Below are positions 38,701 through 48,452 of a DNA stretch of 59,835 bases, in pieces. The stretch covers positions 1 through 59,835 of the forward strand of contig CAZPZZ010000001.1 in the NCBI GenBank assembly GCA_964591245.1. The letters are read 5' to 3'. The DNA is from an uncultured Vicinamibacteraceae bacterium (lineage in GTDB: Bacteria > Acidobacteriota > Vicinamibacteria > Vicinamibacterales > UBA8438). The position numbers and the translations under genes are program-made. The first letter of the stretch is position 1, and the number at the start of each line of letters is the position of its first letter. The notes below the pieces were generated by a model that had not been told where the DNA came from, searched no databases, and saw only the letters and a list, made by a program, of their open reading frames with translations.

Positions 38701-39659
38701 TGAAGGGCAACCGGGGCAACCGTCGATCCGGTCGCACCCTCAAGTTTCAGCGGTTGGACCGCAAACGCAAATTCACGGACCCCGCTCGCGACCAGCTCAT
38801 CGAGCTTCATCCGTTCCACGAGATGAATCCCGTTGATGACAAGCATGATTTGATGCACCGGCAGCGATAGCTCAGGATCCGGATTCGGCGCGACCTCGAC
38901 CGGGAAATTATCGGCTCCGACTAGCATCGGGTCTCGTTCGACAAGCCATTCCGCTGCCGCAACGCCAATCCCCGGCCCACCGGCAGAGAACCGCTCGGGA
39001 TCGGTCCAATGCGTCCCCCATCCGGTGTGAATCAGCACCGCATCTCCGGGTTGGATCGAGAGCGCAAGCGCACTGAGCGCCGCGCTCAGGTCCTCGGCAG
39101 TAATCTCGTAACGCTCGGGTAGAACCGCAACGCCCTTTAAGGCGGCGATGTCCAGAAGGATACCGCGCGTCATCAGCATGCCAACATTCTGAACCCCCAA
39201 GCGCGTGAAACCGCTCCGGGTCATCACCTCGCTCTGCTCGAAGCAATTGTAGAGACTGCCGTCGATCGTCTGATGGCCGAATCCATCGAATTGCGTACCG
39301 ACCTGCCCCATTTCGGCGACGATGAGCTCTTCGTTCGACCCGCGTCGGTTACGCCCAGGATTCATGGTCGTCGGTTTCATGAAGGAATCGAAATGCCGGT
39401 CCGCGAGCGGCATCGAGGACGAAAGGACATGTCCGAGCTCGATAATTTCGCCCTGACGAATCAACTGCGTCGCTCTCAACACAGTCTCCGTTCCCATATG
39501 ATTCGCCGCACCTCGTTCGTCGCCAACGCCCCAGCGGGTAGGACACCGCTCGCTGGCTGCCGGTGGCGACCATGACTGCGCCTCCACACGGGACTCTGAG
39601 ACCACGCCAGCCATCCCCACAACGACCGCTACACTACATACTTGTCGTACGAATCGCAT
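38697..39659 (-). CDS. Cyclase family (kynurenine formamidase-like) metal-dependent hydrolase, exported
   Basis: WG..DERGAAN, GTQFDGFGH, TRGILLD, GDAVLIHTGW, GADN, HQIML, G....E.M.L and PLKLEGATGS. Confidence 0.85.
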   Translation of the reverse strand: MRFVRQVCSVAVVVGMAGVVSESRVEAQSWSPPAASERCPTRWGVGDERGAANHMGTETVLRATQLIRQGEIIELGHVLSSSMPLADRHFDSFMKPTTMNPGRNRRGSNEELIVAEMGQVGTQFDGFGHQTIDGSLYNCFEQSEVMTRSGFTRLGVQNVGMLMTRGILLDIAALKGVAVLPERYEITAEDLSAALSALALSIQPGDAVLIHTGWGTHWTDPERFSAGGPGIGVAAAEWLVERDPMLVGADNFPVEVAPNPDPELSLPVHQIMLVINGIHLVERMKLDELVASGVREFAFAVQPLKLEGATGSTVAPVALH

Positions 39660-39694
39660 CGTATCCTTCCATAGGCTCCGAGCCCGTGCGGAGA

Positions 39695-39748
39695 CGCCAG
39701 GACCTCACACCTCTCCCATGCATCCGGGGTGCGGATGAGACCCTGGCG
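39695..39748 (-). other. Intergenic RNA stem-loop upstream of the cyclase gene
   Basis: On the minus strand CGCCAGGGTCTCA pairs fully with TGAGGTCCTGGCG (13 bp, two G-U). The same positions are mismatches on the plus strand. Confidence 0.45.
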
Positions 39749-39778
39749 ACGTGACCAGTGTCGTCGCGACACGCGCGG

Positions 39779-41974
39779 CTATTCGGCAAGCGGATTGGGT
39801 CGAATTTGGAAGCGAACGATCTCGCTCGTGGCTCCCTTCCCACCCTCTAGATGAAAGGTCGAGCCCGTATTGAAACTGGCCCACACACCACGCCCCTTCC
39901 AGCCTGCACTCGGATCGTCAATGCGTCCGTCCAGCCCACGACTGTAGAACCCGAGCGGGTACGGCACTCGCATCGTGACCCATTCGCCCGTCTCAGGCAG
40001 CAGCGCCAGTAGTGCATCGGACGTGGTCCCGGTAGCAATCGGCACATTTTCGCCCAGGCCAAGGGCATCGAACTGGTCGACCCAGTTGTAATAGTGGTAA
40101 TCCGCGTTTGCGGACCCCTCCACCCCCTTCATCCGTGGTCCGGGAGTCTGATACAACGTCCACCCTTCGGGACAGTGCTGCCCGGTCGCAGTCGGTCCTC
40201 CTCGCACACTACACCGGTTGCGATCGAAGCTCGCGAAGTGCCCACTCCCCCCTAACGCCGTCCAGATAAGCCCGTTGCGGTCGACATCGATCCCTCTCGG
40301 ACCATAGCCCCAGCCATCAGGATCACCGGACGCATCGTACGGGGGCTCATACACCTCAGAGATACAGGTCTCTGGCGGGGAATCACCCAATTCCAACCGT
40401 ATCAGCTGGCCCGGCACGGGAAAACGTCTTGTGATCCAGACCGAGCCGTCGGGATGTGGGATCACTCCATAGGCCCGTCGAAATTTGTCGAGGCTCCCGA
40501 TGCGGGTGTCCCGCGCGGGATCAATCTCGACGTCACCCGCCGGAGACGGCTCGTTCCAGGGCTTCGTGATCCGGCCATCTCCATTTGTGTCGATGACCGT
40601 GGGGCACCACCCCTGTGAAACCTGCTCGTTCCCAGTCTCATCGTAGAGACGGGTATTCAACCACCCGATGGCTTCAGTCGAACCGCTTAGCCACAACGTG
40701 TCATTCTCATCATCGGCAAACTGCAAATGATGGGTGAAATAACAGGTGTCGATGAGCTCGAACTCTTCCGTGGCCGGATCGTAGTAAGAAATCTGTCGAG
40801 ACTCGGCGCGATGTTGAATAGGGTAGTACTGCGCAAAGGGATGATCCGATCCTTCCAGGCACCAACTAGGGACATCGTTCGGACGCACCGCCTGCGTGAT
40901 CCACACCCGTCCCTTGTCATCCATCATCGGATTGTGGGCACCTCGACTCACCAGGCCGGCTGATTCGTTACCCCAATACAGCGAAGGGGTCCTCGTCGAC
41001 GAGCCCTGATACGAGTTCCCTCGCCGAGGGCGTTCAATACGCGTCGGCAAATCCATCCGAACGGATTCGTGGGTCGTCGTGTCAGTAATCACGAGTCCTG
41101 CACCACCGACCCCATAGATCGGTCCATCCGGATAGAGCGCCGGATTGCGCTTATCGGTGGATACGTTGTCGTGCACCATGCCCTGCGGATGCCCCCACCC
41201 CCAGGAACTCAAGACCAGATTCCGCTCAACACCCTGTGGACGCGGCGGAATCGGAGGCAACTCACCACCACGAATGCGATCGGTCCATTCGGAGTACAGC
41301 TTGATCGCACGCGGACGACCGATACGGTTGATCTCGGCCGACATCGCGGGCCCGGCCCCACCGGCCTGGATACGATAGTTCCAGGCATCCTCGGTGGAAT
41401 CAAAACCATCGAGATCAAGCATTGGCATCTCACGCGTTGCGTAGTTCCCGAGTTGATGACAGAGCTGGCAGCCATCCTTCATTCGATCGACCCAGTCTGC
41501 TTGAGTCCGCATGGCTGTTCCGATCCCATTGCCGCGAGGTCCAGTGCCGGGAAAGTCACTAGCCGGCGGAACCTCCAACAGCGAGTACCAATAATTCGCT
41601 GGATAGATCTTGGCGGCTTCTCGCGGGTCAGTCGTCACCGTGGCCATCAGGTCGAGCTGGTCCCCCGGTCGTGCGAGTGTCCGATCGGAATCCACCAAAC
41701 CATATCCCCGCACCCATACCTCATAGGAGGCTTGCGGAAGGTCTGGCACGAGAAATCGCCCCTCGTCATCCGTCACGACGATCTTCCGAAACGTCGTGTC
41801 GAAATCATCAGTTTCGGCCACGACCCAGACGCCGGCCTCCGGTCCGTTCCCACTCGTCACGATTCCCGCCAAGTCGTCCTCCGCAGCCGAGACGACAAAC
41901 ACGCCGCCCGGTGTACCCGCGCCCAACAGCATCGCCACCATCGCCGTCGCCCACATGTGGACTCTCTTGGTCAT
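39779..41974 (-). CDS. Exported protein: carboxypeptidase-regulatory-like N-domain, heme-c motif and C-terminal propeller-like domain
   Basis: GPEAGVWVVAET..KIVVTDDEGRFLVPDLP..YEVWVRGYGL, CQLCHQLG and RVPYPLGFYSRG. ATG 41974 after GAGGAG. Confidence 0.7.
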   Translation of the reverse strand: MTKRVHMWATAMVAMLLGAGTPGGVFVVSAAEDDLAGIVTSGNGPEAGVWVVAETDDFDTTFRKIVVTDDEGRFLVPDLPQASYEVWVRGYGLVDSDRTLARPGDQLDLMATVTTDPREAAKIYPANYWYSLLEVPPASDFPGTGPRGNGIGTAMRTQADWVDRMKDGCQLCHQLGNYATREMPMLDLDGFDSTEDAWNYRIQAGGAGPAMSAEINRIGRPRAIKLYSEWTDRIRGGELPPIPPRPQGVERNLVLSSWGWGHPQGMVHDNVSTDKRNPALYPDGPIYGVGGAGLVITDTTTHESVRMDLPTRIERPRRGNSYQGSSTRTPSLYWGNESAGLVSRGAHNPMMDDKGRVWITQAVRPNDVPSWCLEGSDHPFAQYYPIQHRAESRQISYYDPATEEFELIDTCYFTHHLQFADDENDTLWLSGSTEAIGWLNTRLYDETGNEQVSQGWCPTVIDTNGDGRITKPWNEPSPAGDVEIDPARDTRIGSLDKFRRAYGVIPHPDGSVWITRRFPVPGQLIRLELGDSPPETCISEVYEPPYDASGDPDGWGYGPRGIDVDRNGLIWTALGGSGHFASFDRNRCSVRGGPTATGQHCPEGWTLYQTPGPRMKGVEGSANADYHYYNWVDQFDALGLGENVPIATGTTSDALLALLPETGEWVTMRVPYPLGFYSRGLDGRIDDPSAGWKGRGVWASFNTGSTFHLEGGKGATSEIVRFQIRPNPLAE

Positions 41975-42122
41975 CTCGTATCTCCTCTGTGACAGCCGTG
42001 CACGCCCGCACCAGCGGCACTGTGCCACGACGGCCGTCCCTCCGGTTCTACCGCTAACCATCAAGCGCTAATAAGGGAAAGAGTGCCCTACCTGGGCCGA
42101 CGATCGCAAGCGACGCCCGAGC

Positions 42123-43538
42123 TTATTGCAGAGTCTTCGTTCGCCAACGCCGCACGGCCGCGGCAATTTCACGGCGTGCCGCCGCCACCTGCCCCGGGTG
42201 GTGATTCACGAAATAGCAGAACACGATCGGCGCCGGTGACGTGGGCTCAATGATCCCGGCAAGAGCGACGGTATGCCTGAGCGTGCCGGTCTTCGCCGCC
42301 ATCGGTGGTAACTGTGGCCACGCACCCAAAGTCCCTGTTCCAGGGCGAGCCAACGCCTCCACCAGGGTATTCCTCCAGGGCTGGTCCAGGATGTATTGGA
42401 GCACTTGCACGACAGTCGCAGGCGTCACGAGATTGGCTGCTGACAAGCCAGAACCATCCCGCAGCGACACCGCTGCATCTGGAGCATCGGCTGCCGCGAC
42501 TTCGGAAACAAAATCAGAAACCACCTCAACCCCGTCGTCAAAGCGACCGCTGCCGGCCACTTCCAGGCCAAGCGTCAATGCCAACATGTCGGCATACCAG
42601 TTATGACTTCGGGACAACACTCGTGGCAGGAGCACGTCAAGGGTCTCCGAGCGAAACTCGGCCAGTACATCGCCGCCGGCCGGCTCGCTTGACACCACTC
42701 GACGCACCGTCCCATCGACGTGAACACCGGCGTCCGCCAGTGCCTCCCGCAACCGCTGCGCCACCCGAAGGTCTGGGGACGGATCACTCGCCGCCACAAC
42801 GAAGGATGCCTCGCTGATGGGGTACTCGCCACGCAAGAGGAGCGTCTGAGTACCCCAGACCGGCAAGAAGTCGAGTGTCCCACGACCATGTCGCGTACGA
42901 CCGGTGGTCGTCGTGTGATTGATGATCACCACCCCGTCCGGAGCTCTGACATCGGCGGGGTGGCCGACCTCCCTCCCCGGTGCCACACGAACAGTCATGG
43001 TTGCCTCGTCGAGGGCAAGCCCAGCCGGTGGCGTACCGAATCGATACGGAAGTTCCCCAAGAGAACGACCGATAGGGTGCAAACGCCCAGGAAAACGACC
43101 TGCCGCAACGACCAGATCCCCACGAATTCTGGTGAGTCCAGCCCCAGCCAATTGTGCTACAAGCGCCCTGATAGGCTCATCGGCGCCACGATCATAGACC
43201 GCCGTTCCCCAGGTCGGATCCCCTCCCGGCACGATAACGAGATTGCCGCCGAGCGTCCCATTGACGATCCGTTGTTCGGATTGGAGCCGAGTTCGCCATC
43301 GATACTCAGGCCCAAGATGTTCGAGCACGGCAGCAACCGTCATCATCTTGAGCACCGAAGCGGGCACAAACAACTGGTCTGCATTCAGTGCATCGAGAAT
43401 CTCGACGTCACCACCCGCTGGCATGTGCACAGCCAGGAATCCTCGGAGCGCACGATCACCGGCGCCACCCTGCGCCGTGAGCACCCCGGTCCCCAGAATG
43501 CCCACCCAGACAGCAAGAATTCCAGAAAACCGCCTCAT
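42123..43538 (-). CDS. dacB: D-alanyl-D-alanine carboxypeptidase/endopeptidase (PBP4, peptidase S13)
   Basis: SxxK (PASVLK), SxN (SHN), DGSGLS and KTG (AKTGTL); GDP motif; ATGA overlap with the upstream gene. Confidence 0.9.
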   Translation of the reverse strand: MRRFSGILAVWVGILGTGVLTAQGGAGDRALRGFLAVHMPAGGDVEILDALNADQLFVPASVLKMMTVAAVLEHLGPEYRWRTRLQSEQRIVNGTLGGNLVIVPGGDPTWGTAVYDRGADEPIRALVAQLAGAGLTRIRGDLVVAAGRFPGRLHPIGRSLGELPYRFGTPPAGLALDEATMTVRVAPGREVGHPADVRAPDGVVIINHTTTTGRTRHGRGTLDFLPVWGTQTLLLRGEYPISEASFVVAASDPSPDLRVAQRLREALADAGVHVDGTVRRVVSSEPAGGDVLAEFRSETLDVLLPRVLSRSHNWYADMLALTLGLEVAGSGRFDDGVEVVSDFVSEVAAADAPDAAVSLRDGSGLSAANLVTPATVVQVLQYILDQPWRNTLVEALARPGTGTLGAWPQLPPMAAKTGTLRHTVALAGIIEPTSPAPIVFCYFVNHHPGQVAAARREIAAAVRRWRTKTLQ

Positions 43539-46099
43539 ACAAGCGATACCAATGCCTCACGCTGGCGTTCAAGGCGTCCTTGCCGTTCATTCGCAAAGCG
43601 CTCGATTCCACGGAAGATAGACTCTCCGTCGAGATGAGCCTCGGTAATCACGTCCGACTCGTTTCCACCACTTCTCCACCGGTCATCGAAGTCCGCATAG
43701 AGCGAATACTCTTCCGTGAGTGGTCCTAAATTAGCTACAGGCGGCACTCGCTTGGTCATCGTGCTGATCACCATACAGTCATACCGCGCTGCATCGGGAA
43801 GCACGTGCCGCTGGTAGTCTTCAGATTGAAACCCGAAAAGCTCGGTGCTAATCACTGACACAATCCGTACGTTCAACTTGGCTTCCTTCAGACGGGGCAG
43901 CACGCTGACGAGATTCATCGTCGAGCTCGACCCCTGGACGAGCACTGTCCCCATGGGAGGCGTCTCGTCGTCGTAGTCACGAATGAGATAGAGCCCCTTC
44001 GCCGCAGCACGCGAGTCCGTATCGGCAAAAGTAGAACGATCGGCGACCGGAAAATCTGGCCGGGCCACGTGGATGACGATGATGCCGAGCTCTTTGATCT
44101 CGATCGCCTTTTGCACCGCAGCGAAATAACCAGGCGCAACATCGTTGTAATCCCAAAAATACAGATTAATGACATGACCACGGGGCAGCAGCGTCCACGT
44201 CTGGGGTGCAAAGATTCCGAAGTGGGTTCGCGCGTCAGCGGCGGTCTCCGGACCGGAGTGCCCAGCCAGGATGTTTAGCACCCCGAGAGGAAACGGACTG
44301 TCCTGATTCATCTGGGAAAACACACGGGCTGGCGTATACATCAACGGTGTAAACGCGCCATACGTACCGGAAATTCCCCATACTCCTGCGTAGCCATCCG
44401 GATCAGCCGATGCGTTCTGACTGACGAGACCAACAATCGTTGACGCATTGCCAGCCTCCTGAATCGCGGCTTTGAGTCTTGTACCGTACGGATTGTCGAC
44501 CGGATCGTAGTGGCCAAATAAATTCGCGTTCTCGATGTTGATCGAACCGGACAGATCCGCCGCCATGGTCATGAAGCGACCACCGGTCACATAGTTGAAC
44601 CATGCCCCGATCTCGCTGATCGCTCGACGGGGCCCCTTCTTCAGTCCAGGTTCCAAGAACAGTGAGATCCGACGCTTCACGGCCTCACTAGTCTTCGGAT
44701 TGGTGACAACAATATCCTGAGCATCGGAGGGCAGATTGTCGACCTTGAGCCGGTCATCCCGAAAAGGATTGACCGTCGGATCGATACGCAGCGATGGGGA
44801 GTGATCAAGCTGCCCCGCAATCTCGAGCACAGTGTCGGCGATCCATGTACGGAGTCCCTCACGCCGCTCCAGAACGGACATGAGGACGTCGACGTTGGTC
44901 TTGAACTGAATGAGCCGCTCTGCCTCGGTCGCGGGCACCCCGTCACGAATTCCTTCAAACGCAACGCCGTATTTCTCCTCGAACGACGCCGCCAGCGCGA
45001 GGAAATACTCCCCGTTCATCTTGAAGGCATAGGGATGCGAGGGATACCCGACGATCTGATCACTACCGTTGATCTTCCCGTCGCGCGCAGCAGGCCACCA
45101 CCCCTTTGTGGTTGGGCCGACAAGAATCATCGGCCTCCGATCGTCGACCGGCCACTCTTCCATGGCCGAGAACGCCGCAACGATTTGATCGAAATCATTC
45201 CCGTCGTCGATGGAAAACACGTTCCATCCCCAGGACACCCATTGCTGCGCAATGTTGTAGCCCGTGTACTGGTCCTTGATCACGCCGCCCAGCAGCGCAT
45301 CGTCAATACCTGCATTGTTTAACGACAGCAGTACCCGCAACCGTTTGCCAACTTGTTGGGAGAGCGCAATGTGCTTCAGTTCCTGCGCATGCCCCTCGGT
45401 GAGCGCAAACTCGCCTTCCAGGGCAACAACCTTCGGTGACTCGCCCGCACCAATGTAATCCCAAAAAAGTGCCTTACCAGCTGCTGTCGCAATTCCGATC
45501 CCAGATGGTCCACCATTCACGTCGTTCGTGACGTCGGTAGTTTCGGAATGGCCGGCCAACGAACGAATGCCCCGGATCTTCGCTTGCGCGAAAAGCGGAT
45601 CGTCTACGAGTCCGTTCTCCTGAAGCAACGTGTCCAGTGCGCCAGCGCCCCGGCGGAAACCCAGGGAATCAATGGGCAACATCGCCACGTGCGGATCGAC
45701 CTTGAAACGCTCATCGCCGGTCGCGGTGAATTGTCGGTGCAGGGATTCGTAGAGAATCATCCAAAGGGCGTAGCAAGTCGGGATGTTATGCCCTCCCGCT
45801 AGCATGAACTTGTCCGCTACCGGTACTTTCGGGTGCCGGAGGTCGTAGCGAAGTCCTCCCAACGCCGGCCCCACGAGATGGCACGCCACGTTGTAGGGGG
45901 TATACGCCAGGGGACCACCGAAGTGGCCAGTCTGCGCATAGTTCCCCATCAAGGAGAGCTGCATCGCGGTCATGAACGCGACATCTTCAAGCCTCTCTTT
46001 TGCATAATCCGGCCGCGGAACGGTCTGGGATTCAAATCTGTCCTCGGCGGACACGGTGTGTAGCGTGGTGGTAACGGAATCAGCAATAGGTGACGTCAT
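43535..46099 (-). CDS. Transketolase-like ThDP enzyme (long single-chain, divergent)
   Basis: GHFGG, AGGH, GHSE, GGPSGIG, ADLSGS and GHSGPETAADARTH align with the transketolase His/Asp motifs. The ThDP motif reads GEF...NN rather than GDG...N. Start moved to ATG 46099. Confidence 0.8.
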   Translation of the reverse strand: MTSPIADSVTTTLHTVSAEDRFESQTVPRPDYAKERLEDVAFMTAMQLSLMGNYAQTGHFGGPLAYTPYNVACHLVGPALGGLRYDLRHPKVPVADKFMLAGGHNIPTCYALWMILYESLHRQFTATGDERFKVDPHVAMLPIDSLGFRRGAGALDTLLQENGLVDDPLFAQAKIRGIRSLAGHSETTDVTNDVNGGPSGIGIATAAGKALFWDYIGAGESPKVVALEGEFALTEGHAQELKHIALSQQVGKRLRVLLSLNNAGIDDALLGGVIKDQYTGYNIAQQWVSWGWNVFSIDDGNDFDQIVAAFSAMEEWPVDDRRPMILVGPTTKGWWPAARDGKINGSDQIVGYPSHPYAFKMNGEYFLALAASFEEKYGVAFEGIRDGVPATEAERLIQFKTNVDVLMSVLERREGLRTWIADTVLEIAGQLDHSPSLRIDPTVNPFRDDRLKVDNLPSDAQDIVVTNPKTSEAVKRRISLFLEPGLKKGPRRAISEIGAWFNYVTGGRFMTMAADLSGSINIENANLFGHYDPVDNPYGTRLKAAIQEAGNASTIVGLVSQNASADPDGYAGVWGISGTYGAFTPLMYTPARVFSQMNQDSPFPLGVLNILAGHSGPETAADARTHFGIFAPQTWTLLPRGHVINLYFWDYNDVAPGYFAAVQKAIEIKELGIIVIHVARPDFPVADRSTFADTDSRAAAKGLYLIRDYDDETPPMGTVLVQGSSSTMNLVSVLPRLKEAKLNVRIVSVISTELFGFQSEDYQRHVLPDAARYDCMVISTMTKRVPPVANLGPLTEEYSLYADFDDRWRSGGNESDVITEAHLDGESIFRGIERFANERQGRLERQREALVSLV

Positions 46100-46203
46100 G
46101 AATGACCTCGAACGGGAGCCAGGAATTGACGGCTGCATGATATCGTTCGGGCTTACGTCGTGCCACCCTCAGTGAAAAACAGGAGAGTGAGACGACCGTA
46201 AAA

Positions 46204-48321
46204 TTGACCTTCAATCAGGATGGCAGGGTGGGGCTACGTACGACGGCACTGACGGCCTCCTCCGCTATCTGGCTGATTGCTGGACTGGGCTGCATCACGG
46301 CAGGAACGCTGCTTGTGATGACCGCCTTCCTTGAGTTGGGCCTCGCACTGGCCGCACTCGGGGTCAGTCTCTGTGCGGTCGGGGCCATCGCACTCCTTCG
46401 CCCCAAAACTGACGATCCGCCTCCTGAACCGCTCTGGAACAGCGCGAAATCGACCGACCTTGACCTCCACGAGGAAGGCCTCTCCCCAACCGAGCGCGCC
46501 TACCGTCGACTACTGGGTAGTCGTGACACCACCGCCGACAACTCATTTTTTCCAACCAGCCTGACGCTCGACGACAAGGCCGCTAACCTCGGCGAGCTGA
46601 TTCGGGACCGCTGCGACCACGTGTGGGAAGGCATACGGACGAGACGCTATGTGAAGCGGGACGCCGACCACGTTGCGGATCTCAATGGCGGCGCCATCTT
46701 CAATGAAATGCGCGACATCGTCCAAGAAGTCGCAACCCTGTATCACTCAAAATCCGACAATGCCGTTCTCGAAGTGCGCGCCGGAGACCTGATCCTTGCC
46801 TTACGCTCGGCGGCCAGCGACCTACTCCAGACCGCACACCAGATGCCGTACGTCGATCCGACCACTTGGTCAATTCAGGAGGTGATGACACGCCTGGAGC
46901 AGGTCTCCAAAGGCCTCGCACTCTACAAGAAACTGTCGCCCTATGAGCATTACGTCACCGGAGCAATGCTGGCCGCCCGATTCGTAGCCGGCTCAAGCCC
47001 GCTCGCACTGGCCGCCTGGACGATCGGCAAGGAGGGCGCCAAACGCGTGGGCAGCAAATTCATCAAGAGCCAGGCGGAGAGCTGGCTCAAAACCCTCTTG
47101 GAGGGAGCCATCGCGCTCCTCTATCTCCAAGTGGCCCGGACCTACGACCCGACACGTGCGTATCGGAGCCCTGAGTGGGTCGCACTCGCCGAAGCCCTTC
47201 AGGTCCACGCCGCCATCCCGGGAAACGATCGCAACCGCAAGTTGTTGCTCGACCGTATCCTACGGGCCAAGATTCCCGACGAATTCGCCAAGCTTGCATT
47301 GCTGCGGGCCCTCGCGGAAGACCGCCCTCCGGACACGCACGCGTCGACATCGACCGATTGGACGTCGCTCGCACCAACCGAGCGACAGGCCATCGCCGGA
47401 CATCTGTCCGGTCTCTTCGCTTCCATGCAAGGGCTGGGCGTCCCCGCCGCGAACGACGCCATCGATGAGCTCGAATACCGACTCCAGTGGGGCGTGTCGA
47501 CCGCACGAGCGAGATCTCACCACTCCCAGGGCACTCGAATCTCCCATGGCTTCACCCACCTGACGGCGATCGCACGTGCCTGGTTATCGCTCGACCGCGA
47601 AGACACCTACCGTGCCATCTGGGCAGGCTCTTTCGGAATTCTGGTACGGGAGACTCTTGGCGACACAGCCGCCCGTCGTGCCCTCTCGAACTCCGTGGCT
47701 GCCGTCTACGAGAAGGCCGCCGCGCCACCGCTACGTCCCGCCCACCCGCCTTCTACACTGGCCGGAGACGCCATGGCCGAGGCGCTCGTCACCTCGCTCG
47801 TTGACCTCCTCACAGCGAGTCGGCGGTGGCCAATCGAACACGATCACATGGTCTTGTTGAATGCATCGGTCCTTCTGACCGACGCGGAGCGCATCACCGC
47901 CGTTTGGAAGCGGTACATCGACGCCGCAACGTTCCAGTTGGGCGACCATCTCCAATTGGTCGACCTGTCAACTTGGCCACCACGGTCCTCGCCAGCGATT
48001 CTTCGACAGATGGGTCCCAATGATCGACCTGTCGCCGTACTTGAAGCGCGCACGGCAATGGCGCGTGCCTGCTGGACCCTCTGGTTGACCGACCGCATCA
48101 TCATCGGCAACATTCCGGAGAACGATCTCTTCCTCGACGACGGCAACCCGGCCACGCACGGCATGGCCACCGTGCAACTCAGCCAACGTTCACAGCAGTT
48201 AACGACCGATCTTGTCGTCGGCTGCGGTTCACAGGATTTCACTGTCGTCGGTAACCCCCTGAGACGGTTCAAGCGCCGGTTCGGTCCCTTATTCGAGGCC
48301 CTGAACATGCACCCGAGCTGA
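46204..48321 (+). CDS. Hypothetical membrane-anchored, largely alpha-helical protein
   Basis: Long ORF filling the gap, with two N-terminal hydrophobic helices and a central Gly/Ala-rich segment; no catalytic motif recognised; TTG start uncertain. Confidence 0.65.
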   Translation: MTFNQDGRVGLRTTALTASSAIWLIAGLGCITAGTLLVMTAFLELGLALAALGVSLCAVGAIALLRPKTDDPPPEPLWNSAKSTDLDLHEEGLSPTERAYRRLLGSRDTTADNSFFPTSLTLDDKAANLGELIRDRCDHVWEGIRTRRYVKRDADHVADLNGGAIFNEMRDIVQEVATLYHSKSDNAVLEVRAGDLILALRSAASDLLQTAHQMPYVDPTTWSIQEVMTRLEQVSKGLALYKKLSPYEHYVTGAMLAARFVAGSSPLALAAWTIGKEGAKRVGSKFIKSQAESWLKTLLEGAIALLYLQVARTYDPTRAYRSPEWVALAEALQVHAAIPGNDRNRKLLLDRILRAKIPDEFAKLALLRALAEDRPPDTHASTSTDWTSLAPTERQAIAGHLSGLFASMQGLGVPAANDAIDELEYRLQWGVSTARARSHHSQGTRISHGFTHLTAIARAWLSLDREDTYRAIWAGSFGILVRETLGDTAARRALSNSVAAVYEKAAAPPLRPAHPPSTLAGDAMAEALVTSLVDLLTASRRWPIEHDHMVLLNASVLLTDAERITAVWKRYIDAATFQLGDHLQLVDLSTWPPRSSPAILRQMGPNDRPVAVLEARTAMARACWTLWLTDRIIIGNIPENDLFLDDGNPATHGMATVQLSQRSQQLTTDLVVGCGSQDFTVVGNPLRRFKRRFGPLFEALNMHPS

Positions 48322-48452
48322 CAAACCAACGAACATTTCCCGTCATCCTCTTACCAGCAACCTCGCCAAGCTGCGACGCGCCATCCCAACTCGTGGTACT
48401 GTCTGAGAGGGAATAGGAACACACCGAACAACGGCCTGATGAGGTAATAACC

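Noticed and set aside
42083-42120. GTAGGGCAC plus a nearby weak stem as another REP copy
   Set aside because: The palindrome is too degenerate to support.
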